Notes: generated by a model not told the origin, from the letters alone. A DNA stretch of 64,000 nt from Patescibacteria group bacterium (GCA_038064695.1 JBBTSO010000004.1:114165-178164), one strand, 5' to 3'. Positions 26,727-36,496 are shown, counted from the first letter of the stretch. Program-made: numbers and translations.

Positions 26727-29095
26727 ATAGCAAGCGGCGTTTGCGGAGTTATTTCTATTTCACACGTCCCGCCCGCGCAGGCAAGTTCACGTTTCTGTTC
26801 TGTTTCGTCGGTCTGCTCGTATGTGACCAACTTCGCGTAGTCAACCACCGGGAACGCTCGGGCGATTTCCTCGTACCGTTCTTTACTGATTGCCTCATAC
26901 GGCGCGAGTTGGTAGATGTGGTCAAACCTCGGCAAGAATGAAAGTCCGCCGACAATATCCCAATTTTTTTGAATCCAATTTACCACTTCGATCCACTCAT
27001 CTTCTGCAACCGAAATAGTCGCGGAAGGATTATGCTCAGTGTACTCACATTTTACCCGTTTCCAGTACTCGAGCTGTTCGAGCGCAGACAGATCGTCTTT
27101 GAATACCGACCCTTCTGGTGCTTTGACCGGAAACTCTAAGACGTAGGTGGTTGCACGTTCTATCGTTTGTCCCACTTCAGGGACAAACGGCACGCCCTGG
27201 TCTTTGAGGAGCGCAAAGAGGGAATCGGTTGCTGAAATGCGGATACGACGAATGTAGTAGGGCGCGTGGCGCGGGTGGATACCTGACGAGCAGTTGAAAG
27301 TCTGCGACACTGTACCTGATGGCTTCACCGCAGTAACTGCGTGCGATGCAGAGACTCCAAACCGTGCTGCGTATTCAGCGTTTGTTTTGACCGCACACTC
27401 GCGCAGTGCACGGAGTGTCTCAGGATTTCGCGCCTCTTTTGAGTCCCACTGGCCAGTTATGGAGACACCTAACAGACGTTCTTCTTCGCAGTGCTGTTTC
27501 CACTCAGGGGAGAGGTATCGAAACGAGACGAGTGTTGACTGGTAGGTGCCTACTATAGCGGCGATACGAATTTTAGCGAGGAGTGTTTCGCCCGTATCGC
27601 CGCTCCGTGCAATGACTTCAGAGAGGTTACAAAACTGCTTTGACTGTAGGATTATTTCGCCGCACGGGTTCGTGCCGAGTGGGCCGTGAATGACACCATC
27701 CTCGCCTAAAAACCCGCGAGAAGCAAAGTACGGCTTTCGCCTCACGGGGAGTGTTTTACCAAGTGCTCCCCGATTAAAAATGCCGCGTTCGCCGGAGCCT
27801 GATTTCATCAAGGCAATCCACTCGTCCATCAACTCCGTGCTCGACGGTTGGTTGGTGTATACGGCTGAGTTGTTCGCGATAGTTCGGTGAGGTTCGGTGA
27901 GATAGAACTGACCTTTCTTTGCATCACGCATGTCGTAGTCGTCGAGATCAGAGAGTGAAATCATCGCGGTTCGTCGCACGCCACCTGAAACCACGCACTC
28001 GCCGATTTTGCAAATAATGTCGTGGACATCGATAGGGCGCAGACGCCTGCCTTGTCGTGCAAGAATTTTTCGTCGTGCGAACTCGAGAAGTGACCGAAGT
28101 GGTTCGGGACCCGATGCTTTTCCACCCATGGTTTTTAGGCGCGCTCCCGCAGGGCGGATTGCTGAAAAGTCGAAGGTGATGTCGGAACCTCCGTACCAGG
28201 CATTGAGCCCCGCACCGAGTGCATCGCACCACCCTTCTTTTGAATCGAGAACCGTGTAGAGGGGAAGAGTGATTCTTTTCTGTTTTTGTATTTGCGGGAG
28301 TCGCTCCACGTTTTCGCTCTCCACTGAAAATCCGACACCACAGCCCTGCATGGAAAGGTACATAATTTCTGAAAAGTCTTGGAGTGAAGACGGTGCAATA
28401 AACGTACAGTTGTAGGCGCACGTATTACATTTTCGCGCTGGTTCTCCCGCAAACTGCATCAGGCGCATTGAAGGCATTACCGACTGTGTGAGAATTGCAG
28501 TTTTGATTTCAGCATACTCATCAGCGCTTAGCATTTCTTGTAGATTTTCTTGCATAAAATCCATATACCGGTTCACCGTTTCAACCCACGTTTCGCGACG
28601 CTGTTCAGCATCAATCCACCGCGCGTAGGTGCGCAGGTACACCAGCTCGCCCAACGGATTTCCTTCAAAGTATTTTTTACTTTCCTCACTGAGCACACGT
28701 ACTCGATCAGAAACAGGTCGTGCGGTATACCGTGCGCGATTTCTCTCAGCGCGGTAGAGGATGTATACTTTTGCGGTTTTAGGGAAGTTTTGCGCAATGA
28801 GTTCTGCTTCTACATCGTCCTGAACTCCTTCAACTGTTGCAATAAATTGTTCATTTTTTTCTTTTCGAGCCTCAAGTCGTTTCACCACTCCACGAGCAAC
28901 ACAGTGAGGTGATTCAGCATTCCCTTCGTCGGCTGCACGCAAAGCTTTTGCGACCGCGGTTGCGATTTTTGTTTGGTCGAAAGCAACGATACTGCCGTCT
29001 CGTTTAATAATTAACGTAATGGCTGTGGATAGGGGTGTGTTCATAGGGCGGTGGGTGATATATTGATAATGGTCTATGTATAGTAATATAGACAA
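26723..29095 (-). CDS. nrdJ: Adenosylcobalamin-dependent (class II) ribonucleotide reductase with N-terminal ATP-cone
   Basis: ATP-cone ITLIIKRDGSIVAFDQTKIATAV, active-site NPCGEI loop, about 770 aa. Probable true start at the internal Met (MNTPLSTAI, about 29044), which leaves a promoter gap to the divergent arsR-like gene. Confidence 0.85.
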   Translation of the reverse strand: MSILLYIDHYQYITHRPMNTPLSTAITLIIKRDGSIVAFDQTKIATAVAKALRAADEGNAESPHCVARGVVKRLEARKEKNEQFIATVEGVQDDVEAELIAQNFPKTAKVYILYRAERNRARYTARPVSDRVRVLSEESKKYFEGNPLGELVYLRTYARWIDAEQRRETWVETVNRYMDFMQENLQEMLSADEYAEIKTAILTQSVMPSMRLMQFAGEPARKCNTCAYNCTFIAPSSLQDFSEIMYLSMQGCGVGFSVESENVERLPQIQKQKRITLPLYTVLDSKEGWCDALGAGLNAWYGGSDITFDFSAIRPAGARLKTMGGKASGPEPLRSLLEFARRKILARQGRRLRPIDVHDIICKIGECVVSGGVRRTAMISLSDLDDYDMRDAKKGQFYLTEPHRTIANNSAVYTNQPSSTELMDEWIALMKSGSGERGIFNRGALGKTLPVRRKPYFASRGFLGEDGVIHGPLGTNPCGEIILQSKQFCNLSEVIARSGDTGETLLAKIRIAAIVGTYQSTLVSFRYLSPEWKQHCEEERLLGVSITGQWDSKEARNPETLRALRECAVKTNAEYAARFGVSASHAVTAVKPSGTVSQTFNCSSGIHPRHAPYYIRRIRISATDSLFALLKDQGVPFVPEVGQTIERATTYVLEFPVKAPEGSVFKDDLSALEQLEYWKRVKCEYTEHNPSATISVAEDEWIEVVNWIQKNWDIVGGLSFLPRFDHIYQLAPYEAISKERYEEIARAFPVVDYAKLVTYEQTDETEQKRELACAGGTCEIEITPQTPLAI

Positions 29096-29101
29096 TCATC
29101 T

Positions 29102-29479
29102 ATGAGTCAACGGAAGATAAAAAAAGTGGGGAAAAGAAGTAGTGGCACCACAAAAACACTTAAAGTTCAACCGCTTCGCCCTCGTCCGTCATGGGTACCT
29201 CAGACGATGGTTGGCGAAGAACTTCTATGTCCAGACTGTTTTAAAGTAGTTGGTGAGCGAAGTCGATACAACCTTGTGTGTTTGTTAGGAAAGCAAAAAG
29301 AGGGTATGACGGTCACGGAACTCACGGCACACCTCAAGTTACGCCAACCGACGGTAACTCACCATTTACAAACGCTCGCTTCGGTGGACGCGGTGTCGAG
29401 CGTGTCTCGCGGACGTGAACGCGTGTATACACTTAATCGCGATGCTCATTGTTTTGAAGAGTGTAAAATTCCTTACTAA
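29102..29479 (+). CDS. ArsR/SmtB-family transcriptional regulator
   Basis: HTH LKLRQPTVTHHLQTLASV, upstream Cys pair CPDC. The start is possibly the internal Met at 29207. Confidence 0.65.
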   Translation: MSQRKIKKVGKRSSGTTKTLKVQPLRPRPSWVPQTMVGEELLCPDCFKVVGERSRYNLVCLLGKQKEGMTVTELTAHLKLRQPTVTHHLQTLASVDAVSSVSRGRERVYTLNRDAHCFEECKIPY

Positions 29480-29502
29480 TCATTAGTTCATTCACTATAT
29501 TT

Positions 29503-30723
29503 ATGGAGCTTGTATCATACTTGTGGCAATACTTGGTTGAAGCTTTCGGGTTATCAATTGCGTATGTTTTTGCGGCGATTTTTATTTTTCTCGTGCTCCG
29601 CAATTTTAATTCGTGGAAAATTACTACGGCGCTGGTCGCTATTTTTATTGGCGTGTCGATCGCGTTTTATGTGCCGAACGGCATACCGAACGCGTTTCAG
29701 TATCCGTTTGGATTAAAAACCTTTGGTCCCGCAGCCGGCCCCGTGTTGCCGTTTCAAAACATCGTTTCATTTTTTAAACATTTCAACGAATTTGAACGGG
29801 TGGCGTCTATTGCGCGCGACCCGAACGACACTAAACCACAACACGCTGTCAGTGAAGACGGAGTTGTTGAAATTGATGTGGTCGCCAAAGAGGTTGTTGC
29901 TGAAATGGCAGACGGAGTCACGGTGAACTACTGGACCTTTGGCGGAACCGTGCCAGGACCGTTTATGCGCGTGAAAGAAGGTGATACCGTACGCCTCACC
30001 CTTTATAACGACCCTTCGAGTCTTCACCACCACTCTATTGACCTTCACGCAGTAACCGGCCCTGGAGGAGGTGCAGCAGCTACTATGGTTGCGCCTGGCG
30101 AAAGCAAGACCATTACGTTTAAGGCATTGAATGCGGGGCTCTTTATATACCACTGTGCGTACCCGAACGTGGCGAACCATATGGCGCACGGTATGTACGG
30201 ACTTGTTTTAGTGGAACCGGAAGGCGGACTTTCACCGGTTGATAAAGAGTTTTATATAACGCAAGGCGAGTTTTATACCTCCGGCGCGCTTGGCCGGCAA
30301 GGGTTGCAGTTGTTTGACCCACAGGCAATGCTTGATGGAAAACCACAGTACGTGGTGTTTAACGGAAAAGTTGGAGCGCTCTCAAACAATATGACTGCGA
30401 ACGTGGGAGACACGGTTCGTATGTTTGTCGGAAATGGTGGCGTCAATTTAATTTCAAGTTTTCACGTTATTGGAGAAATTTTTGACCGTGTGTACCGCGA
30501 GGGCGATCTAGTAACATCACCGGCAGAGAGTGTCCAAACTACACTCGTTCCCGCGGGGGGTGCGACGATGGTGGAGTTTACCGTAGATTACCCCGGCAAC
30601 TACGTTCTTGTTGACCACGCGCTGTCACGACTTGACCGTGGTGCGTGGGGGGTGCTCCATGTTGACGGCGCCGCTGATCCGACCATATTTGACGGAAACA
30701 TTGAGACAAGCCACGGACACTAG
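29503..30723 (+). CDS. nirK: Copper-containing nitrite reductase-like multicopper oxidase (NirK family) with N-terminal membrane anchor
   Basis: Type-1/type-2 Cu ligands HHHSIDLHAVTGPGGGAA .. FIYHCAYPNVANHMAHGMYGLVLVEP, aligned by eye to NirK (HNIDFHAATG .. YHCAP .. H .. M). Confidence 0.6.
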   Translation: MELVSYLWQYLVEAFGLSIAYVFAAIFIFLVLRNFNSWKITTALVAIFIGVSIAFYVPNGIPNAFQYPFGLKTFGPAAGPVLPFQNIVSFFKHFNEFERVASIARDPNDTKPQHAVSEDGVVEIDVVAKEVVAEMADGVTVNYWTFGGTVPGPFMRVKEGDTVRLTLYNDPSSLHHHSIDLHAVTGPGGGAAATMVAPGESKTITFKALNAGLFIYHCAYPNVANHMAHGMYGLVLVEPEGGLSPVDKEFYITQGEFYTSGALGRQGLQLFDPQAMLDGKPQYVVFNGKVGALSNNMTANVGDTVRMFVGNGGVNLISSFHVIGEIFDRVYREGDLVTSPAESVQTTLVPAGGATMVEFTVDYPGNYVLVDHALSRLDRGAWGVLHVDGAADPTIFDGNIETSHGH

Positions 30724-30757
30724 GCGCATTTTAAACGATTAGTGTTATAGTGCTTCA

Positions 30758-31393
30758 ATGCAAAAAGAAGTCGTCGCAAAAGCACTCTACCAGCTGAAAA
30801 AAGATTCACATCTGAAGGGGCTCATCGCGCGGTTTCCTGAACCCGATTTTGACGGTGGGCAAAAGGGTCTGACGGCCTTCCAGGCGCTTCTTCGGGCCAT
30901 TGTGTTTCAACAACTCTCTGGCAAGGCGGCGCGGACTATTCTTGACCGATTTTTGGAACAATTTCCGAAAGGGCGTTTTCCATCACCGGAAGAAGTAAAA
31001 AAACTACCCGAAAGCGCGTTCCGCTCCGCAGGTATATCTTCTCAAAAAACCAGCTATCTTAAAGACTTAGCAGAAAAGTTTCTTGACGGCACCGTAGTAC
31101 CAAAACATTTTTCAAAAATGACCGATGAAGAAATCCACGAACATGTCGTAGCAGTGAAAGGTGTTGGACCGTGGACGGCGGATATGTTTTTAATGTTTAC
31201 CTTGGGAAGGCCAGACGTGCTGCCGACGGGGGATTTAGGAATTCAAAAAGCAATGCAAAAATTATTTAAACTAAAAACTCTTCCAACTCCTGAAAAAATG
31301 CGCTCGCTTGCTGAAGAGTGGCGTCCCTACCGAACAGTCGCTTGCTGGTACTTATGGCGCCTTTCTGATGAAGGAAACACCAACCGCCCGTAA
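30758..31393 (+). CDS. HhH-GPD DNA glycosylase (AlkA-like 3-methyladenine DNA glycosylase II)
   Basis: VKGVGPWTADMFLMFTLGRPDVLPTGDLGIQKA: helix-hairpin-helix, Gly/Pro loop and catalytic Asp. Confidence 0.75.
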   Translation: MQKEVVAKALYQLKKDSHLKGLIARFPEPDFDGGQKGLTAFQALLRAIVFQQLSGKAARTILDRFLEQFPKGRFPSPEEVKKLPESAFRSAGISSQKTSYLKDLAEKFLDGTVVPKHFSKMTDEEIHEHVVAVKGVGPWTADMFLMFTLGRPDVLPTGDLGIQKAMQKLFKLKTLPTPEKMRSLAEEWRPYRTVACWYLWRLSDEGNTNRP

Positions 31394-31438
31394 CTTTAAT
31401 AATCCATTCTTCTCTTTAAATTATTTTATCAAAAATTG

Positions 31439-31487
31439 CCCCCCAATTATCTCTGACGGTCGTCAGAGATAATTGGGGGGGGGGGGG
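31439..31487. repeat. Palindromic element CCCCCC-AATTATCTCTGACGGTCGTCAGAGATAATT-G13 (member of the 3-copy palindrome family) between convergent genes
   Basis: Perfect 30-bp palindrome with C6/G13 extensions, giving a stem of about 36 bp. Likely a bidirectional terminator/hairpin. Confidence 0.6.
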
Positions 31488-31534
31488 AATAGAGAGAAGG
31501 GTTAGTGAATGTTGAGAATTTGGCCAAAAAGTTT

Positions 31535-32440
31535 TTAGTAAAGGGCTTTGATGTCGGCTAGAGAGAACGTATGGTTTTGGGTTCCTTGGGTTTCAATAGC
31601 ATAGGAAGCGGCTGCTGAGGCAAGTTGAGCACATTCGCGTATAGAAAGGTCCATAGCGAGCCCCTTAATAAGTCCCGCACGGTACGCGTCTCCCGCGCCC
31701 GTGGGGTCGGTTACCACATCAGCAGGAACTTTATCTACTTCAATAACGGACCCTTCTGTGTGAATACGTGACCCTTCCTCTCCGAGAGTAGTAATTACCA
31801 CGGGCACGCGTTGGTACAATTCCTCTTCGGTCCATCCGAGTTTTGCAAGTGAGAGTGCCATTTCATAGTCGTTTGCCACAAAAATCCATGCATTTCCAAC
31901 GCACGTTCGGTACTCCTCAGGCGTAAATGTGGGTGTTTGTTGACCAGGATCAAAAATGTACCGCATGTCGTTAGCTTTACAGTGTTCCGCGAAAGCAAGC
32001 ATTTCTTTTGCGTACGACGGCGCGATGATGGTAATGCTGTCAGAACCAACAGGGAACTCACCAGGGTAAATATCACTTCCTGCGCCTTGGTGGAACCCCG
32101 TAATTTGGTTATTGTCGCGGTCAGACATAATGTGCGCCTGAGGGGTCAATTTCTCTGGTAGAGGTATCACGTGTTCACGCGATATCTTAATGCGAGAAAA
32201 ATATTCAAGGTACCGATTTCCGTCACCCCCCACTACGCTGTAGAGGATAGGGTCTATACCGAGAAGTTTTAAATTGTATGCAATATTGGCACCAGCACCA
32301 CCAAAACTTTCTTCTATAGTTTCAATGGGAAAGCTCACTGAGAGTGCGTGGATTTTGTCAGGCAAAAAGTGGTCTTTGAAACTACCATCAAAGTAAAGGA
32401 TACGGTCGTACGCAGTAGATCCTGTTACATTAATTTTCAT
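31535..32440 (-). CDS. PfkB-family carbohydrate/nucleoside kinase
   Basis: C-terminal DPTGAGDAYRAGLI (PfkB signature 2) and an N-terminal GG motif. Confidence 0.75.
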   Translation of the reverse strand: MKINVTGSTAYDRILYFDGSFKDHFLPDKIHALSVSFPIETIEESFGGAGANIAYNLKLLGIDPILYSVVGGDGNRYLEYFSRIKISREHVIPLPEKLTPQAHIMSDRDNNQITGFHQGAGSDIYPGEFPVGSDSITIIAPSYAKEMLAFAEHCKANDMRYIFDPGQQTPTFTPEEYRTCVGNAWIFVANDYEMALSLAKLGWTEEELYQRVPVVITTLGEEGSRIHTEGSVIEVDKVPADVVTDPTGAGDAYRAGLIKGLAMDLSIRECAQLASAAASYAIETQGTQNHTFSLADIKALY

Positions 32441-32446
32441 AGAGTG

Positions 32447-33370
32447 TTAGTGAGCATTAAGAAAGAGGTAAATATCTTCCAATGCTTTTACGGCATCTCC
32501 CGCGGCGATGTTGTTCTGGTGGTAGAGACCGTTGGTGCAGTCTCCCGCAGCCCAAATGCCGTTTAAATTGGTGCGTTGTGTGCGCGGGTCCACAATGATG
32601 CGGTTGTACTGATCCATATCCACAATGTCTTTCACAAAGTGTGTGTTGGGAATCATGCCAATTTCCACGAAGATGCCGGCAACCGGAAGTGTTTGTTCAA
32701 TGCTGGTTTTTGTATCTTTGTATTTTAATCCTGACACAAATTTGTCTCCCTGTACTTCAGTAGTTTCAGCGTTCGTAATGCCTCGCATGTGGGGGTGGGC
32801 AAGGACTTTGGCAACCGTGGAAGGATCCGCGGTGTACGTGTCGCCGCGCTGCAGGAGTGTCACCGACTTTGCGTAGGCGAGCAGCTGGGATGCGGTTTCA
32901 AATCCTGCGTTGCCACCACCGATGACGGCGACATCCTGACCAGAAAACAGAGGTCCGTCACACGAGGCACAGTACGTAAGGCCTTTATTATCAAACTTTA
33001 GAGCGCCAGGCGCATCTAGTTTACGACGGTTACCACCCGTGGTGACAAGAATCGTTTTGGCATTTAGCACTTCTCCTTTTTTAGTGGTGATAGTGAAGTG
33101 GTTGTCAGTGCACGTTACCTTCTCTACCAGATCTTCTGTTTTTATATCCACCACGTCACCTGCGTATGCACGGACGTGTTTTTCTAAATCTTTTGCAAGT
33201 TGATCCCCTGGAATTGTGGTCGTTCCTATCCAGTTTTGAATGTCAGGAGAAACGACGCTCTGACCTCCAAAGTCGCTAGTTACGAGCACGGTTTTGAGAA
33301 GTTTGCGCGCGGCGTACACTGCTGCGGCCGATCCGCCGGGGCCCGCGCCTATGATTGCTAAGTCGTACAT
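32447..33370 (-). CDS. trxB: Thioredoxin reductase (NADPH)
   Basis: FAD site MYDLAIIGAGPGGSAAAVYAAR, redox-active CASCDG, NADPH site. Start set at MYDL; the ORF-track N-terminal extension would read through the heptad-repeat leader. Confidence 0.85.
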   Translation of the reverse strand: MYDLAIIGAGPGGSAAAVYAARKLLKTVLVTSDFGGQSVVSPDIQNWIGTTTIPGDQLAKDLEKHVRAYAGDVVDIKTEDLVEKVTCTDNHFTITTKKGEVLNAKTILVTTGGNRRKLDAPGALKFDNKGLTYCASCDGPLFSGQDVAVIGGGNAGFETASQLLAYAKSVTLLQRGDTYTADPSTVAKVLAHPHMRGITNAETTEVQGDKFVSGLKYKDTKTSIEQTLPVAGIFVEIGMIPNTHFVKDIVDMDQYNRIIVDPRTQRTNLNGIWAAGDCTNGLYHQNNIAAGDAVKALEDIYLFLNAH

Positions 33371-33374
33371 AAAA

Positions 33375-33397
33375 AGTAATGAGTTATGAGTAATGAG
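33375..33397. repeat. Heptad leader repeat AGTAATG-AGTTATG-AGTAATG immediately upstream of the trxB start
   Basis: 7-bp periodicity read directly. Same flavour as 46837-46871. Confidence 0.5.
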
Positions 33398-33429
33398 AAA
33401 AAACAACTACAGAAATACATTCTAACAAC

Positions 33430-33462
33430 AAACGCCGCGTCTATCTAGTGACGCGGCGTTTA
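33430..33462. terminator. Hairpin terminator AACGCCGCGTC-TATCTAGT-GACGCGGCGTT downstream of ftsZ
   Basis: Perfect 11-bp GC-rich stem. Located between the ftsZ stop and the trxB leader. Confidence 0.5.
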
Positions 33463-33473
33463 ATGGTTTAACC

Positions 33474-34676
33474 CTACTCTTGATTTTTGCGGCTCCGACG
33501 GAGGAATGCGGGTACGGCACCCCAATCGTCGTCTTCGTCACTCGCTTTTGGAGTTGTTTTTTTGGATGACTCTTCAGGAGAAGTTTTTTCAGTAACCTCG
33601 TCTGAAGGGAGAACGGTATTATAAATTCTGCCTGAGCGCTCCTCTTCAACGGTCGCCTCACGACGCTCTTTCTTTCCAGCGCCCATCTGGAAGAGGGGAG
33701 CTCCACGAGACCCACCTGGTTCGTCTGAGAAACCGGTTGCAATAACGGTGACGCGAATTTCACCTCGTTTGAGGCGTTCGTCTTTTGAGGTACCAAAGAT
33801 AACTTTTGCATTCTTATCAATAGTCTCGGTTACAATTTGTGCCGCTGCCTGAACTTCTAAGAGTCCTAGATCTTCGCCTCCCGCAATAGAGAGGAGAACG
33901 CCCTTCGCACCGTTGATAGAAATATCCAAGAGAGGGGAGTTGATTGCAAGGCGTGCTGCTTCTTCCGCGCGTTTGTCGCCTGCGGCAACACCCACACCCA
34001 TCAACGCGCTTCCCGCATCTTCCATGACTGCTTTGATGTCGGCGAAGTCAAGGTTGATAGAACCCGGCGTGGTGATGAGGTCAGAGACGCCTTCAACTGC
34101 TTGACGCAATACTTCGTCACACATAGCGAAGGCGCTTTTTACCGTGGTGTTTTGGTCAACTACCGCAAGGAGGCGGTCGTTAGGAATGACAATGAGCGCG
34201 TCGACTTCTTTACGCAACTCTTCAAGACCGCTCTCAGCAAGGCGCATGCGCTGCTGTCCTTCAAATGAAAATGGTTTGGTAACGACTGCCACGGTCAAGG
34301 CACCAAGGTCACGCGCAATGCGCGCAACTACCGGTGCACTTCCCGTACCCGTTCCTCCTCCTTCTCCGCAGGCGATAAACACCATGTCGGATCCGCGAAG
34401 TGAGTCTTGAATTTCAGCTTGCGTTTCTTCCGCAGCGCGTTTTCCAAGTTCAGGGTTCATGCCGGCACCCAATCCTCTGGTCAAATTTTTTCCAATGTGG
34501 ATTTTTGCTTTCGCGAGTGATTTTTGCAAATCTTGCGCATCAGTGTTGATGACGAGGAAATCTACTCCCTTCACTTTGGAAGCGATCATGTGGTTGATGG
34601 CGTTTCCACCAGAACCTCCTACCCCGACAACGCGTATCCGTGCTGCAGACTCGCTCTCCTGATGAATTTGTGGCAT
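33474..34676 (-). CDS. ftsZ: Cell division GTPase FtsZ
   Basis: Tubulin signature GGGTGTGSAPVVA and T7 loop NLDFAD. Confidence 0.95.
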   Translation of the reverse strand: MPQIHQESESAARIRVVGVGGSGGNAINHMIASKVKGVDFLVINTDAQDLQKSLAKAKIHIGKNLTRGLGAGMNPELGKRAAEETQAEIQDSLRGSDMVFIACGEGGGTGTGSAPVVARIARDLGALTVAVVTKPFSFEGQQRMRLAESGLEELRKEVDALIVIPNDRLLAVVDQNTTVKSAFAMCDEVLRQAVEGVSDLITTPGSINLDFADIKAVMEDAGSALMGVGVAAGDKRAEEAARLAINSPLLDISINGAKGVLLSIAGGEDLGLLEVQAAAQIVTETIDKNAKVIFGTSKDERLKRGEIRVTVIATGFSDEPGGSRGAPLFQMGAGKKERREATVEEERSGRIYNTVLPSDEVTEKTSPEESSKKTTPKASDEDDDWGAVPAFLRRSRKNQE

Positions 34677-34754
34677 GTGTTTTTTTAACCCTAGTAAGTA
34701 GGACTATGATACTCGCTTCAGGGTGTTATGAAAAGCACTTGACTTTTTCTTGCT

Positions 34755-34825
34755 TTTAGTTGCTAGTTGTTAGCGGTTAGTTTCTAGCTAAACACTAGCC
34801 ACCAGTAACTAGCCACTAGTTTAGG
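34755..34825. repeat. TAG-heptad intergenic repeat block (TTTAGTTGCTAGTTGTTAGCGGTTAGTTTCTAGCTAAACACTAGCCACCAGTAACTAGCCACTAGTTTAG) between ftsA and ftsZ
   Basis: Built from the words TAGTTGT, TAGCGGT, TAGTTTC and their complements CTAGCCA/CTAACCA, which recur at at least 9 other intergenic loci. Confidence 0.6.
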
Positions 34826-35993
34826 GCAAAAACTGTTTAAAAAAATGATGAATTGAGGAACCAAACTTTCCTACGGCGTTTTTCATGGCGCTCGTGTCAC
34901 CCGACTCTCCCGTGAGCCCCCACATAGTGAGACCATACGCCACTGCCCACGATGAATCTTTTATTTTCCCTCCCTGCGCGTTGTTGAGTGAGATTGTTTT
35001 TGAAGGGAGCTTGAGCGCGTGCGCGGCGATTTCTTTTATGGGACCAATGCCTGCGCCACCACCAGAGAGAATAATTCCCGCGGGCAACAGTTGATCTTTT
35101 CCTAATTTTTTCAAATGTACATCAATGAGTTCAAAAATGTCAGTGAGGCGCGCGGAGAGAATGTCGTCAAATTTTTTCTTCGGGTAGGTTCCCCCAATGA
35201 CCGCGCCAAGTTTAAGTTGTTCAGCTTCGTCCAAAGAAACACGCAACCCCAACGCGATGTCTTTGGTGATATCCATTGAACCAATTTTCAGCACTTTCAG
35301 TGAAATGGGCGCGCCATTTTCAAATACCACGATGGAAACGGTTTCTGATCCAATGTTGGCAAGCACGCACCCCGCGCGCTTTTCCGCGTTCGTCACCGTG
35401 ACAATAGAGCCCGCGAGTGGGGAAGCCATAACGTCGGCAACTGAAATATCTGCGCCTTCTACTGCTTCAATAAGGTCACGCACGTGTTGCTCTAAACACG
35501 TGACGAAGAGTGCTTCAACGGAAAGTTTTGAACCCTTCATTCCTTGCGGGTGTCCTAAAACTTCCGCACCGTCTATGGAGTAGGTTACGGGAATGGTGTG
35601 AAGCACGCGGCGATTCATTAAACGCCCTTTGGCGTTTTCCTGCGCGCCTTCCAACGCACGCTCTACGTCGAGGTCAGTCACTTCAGCATCGGCGCGCGCA
35701 ATGACCACTTCGCCGCGGCTACGTACTTCGTCAAGCCCAATACCTCCTACCGCAAGGAAGGCGCTTCGCACGCGTACTCCCGCAATTTCTTCTGCCTGCG
35801 CTGTTGCCTGACGTACCGCGCGCGTGACGTCTTGAATGTTCGTAATGTATCCGTGTCGAAGTCCTTTGCTTTCAGCAAAACCAGTACCAATTATTTTAGG
35901 AGTCGTATTTGCCGAGTCTCCCGACTCGCGAGCAATAACCACCCGCACGTGGTAGGTTCCTATATCTATTCCAACTGCAATGCGTTGAGCCAT
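34821..35993 (-). CDS. ftsA: Cell division protein FtsA (actin-like ATPase)
   Basis: N-terminal phosphate-1 motif IAVGIDIGTYHVRVVIA, and the actin-fold adenosine motif. Confidence 0.9.
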   Translation of the reverse strand: MAQRIAVGIDIGTYHVRVVIARESGDSANTTPKIIGTGFAESKGLRHGYITNIQDVTRAVRQATAQAEEIAGVRVRSAFLAVGGIGLDEVRSRGEVVIARADAEVTDLDVERALEGAQENAKGRLMNRRVLHTIPVTYSIDGAEVLGHPQGMKGSKLSVEALFVTCLEQHVRDLIEAVEGADISVADVMASPLAGSIVTVTNAEKRAGCVLANIGSETVSIVVFENGAPISLKVLKIGSMDITKDIALGLRVSLDEAEQLKLGAVIGGTYPKKKFDDILSARLTDIFELIDVHLKKLGKDQLLPAGIILSGGGAGIGPIKEIAAHALKLPSKTISLNNAQGGKIKDSSWAVAYGLTMWGLTGESGDTSAMKNAVGKFGSSIHHFFKQFLP

Positions 35994-36097
35994 GGTATTA
36001 AAATGGTGTGTGGTGCGTGAGCGCCTTTTTATTGTACCTTAGCGCGCGGACTTTCTTGGTACGGGCGCACGCCAACCTGTTAGGAACACTGACGTAC

Positions 36098-36493
36098 TTA
36101 GCGCAGCGGCTTCTGTAGTTTAAACGCGCGTAGCCATCGGTCTTCCAATTTTTCCATTGTACGCCCGTGGGTGTACCCCTTCAAATGTAAACACCCGTGG
36201 ATAAAAACATACGCGAGGTATGCGCGAGGGGAGAGTGAAAAGAGTGATGCTTTTTTGGTCACGCTCCTCATATGGAGTACTATTTCACCGGAGTTTTTTG
36301 AGAGGGGAAATGAAAGAATATCGGTCGGAGTATTTTTTTTTCGATACGTGGCGTTTAAGTCGCGCATTCGTTTTTCACCCACAAAAACCACTGAGAGCGC
36401 GTATGACCCTCCAAGAATTTTTTCTTTAATAACAGAAAACGCCACGCGGGGTAGGGAACTCCGCGTGGCGTTTTTTAGTGAAAAGGTGTCCAT
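36098..36493 (-). CDS. ybeY: Endoribonuclease YbeY (rRNA maturation factor)
   Basis: DILSFP and the zinc-binding motif HGCLHLKGYTH (HxxxHxxGxxH). Confidence 0.85.
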   Translation of the reverse strand: MDTFSLKNATRSSLPRVAFSVIKEKILGGSYALSVVFVGEKRMRDLNATYRKKNTPTDILSFPLSKNSGEIVLHMRSVTKKASLFSLSPRAYLAYVFIHGCLHLKGYTHGRTMEKLEDRWLRAFKLQKPLR

Positions 36494-36496
36494 TGT

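Noticed and set aside
31475-31487. G13 homopolymer (and C6 on the other arm) flanking the palindrome
   Set aside because: Runs of that length would usually read as a phase-variation tract, but here they simply extend the hairpin stem between convergent genes and are not in or upstream of a coding start. They could also be an assembly/sequencing artefact.
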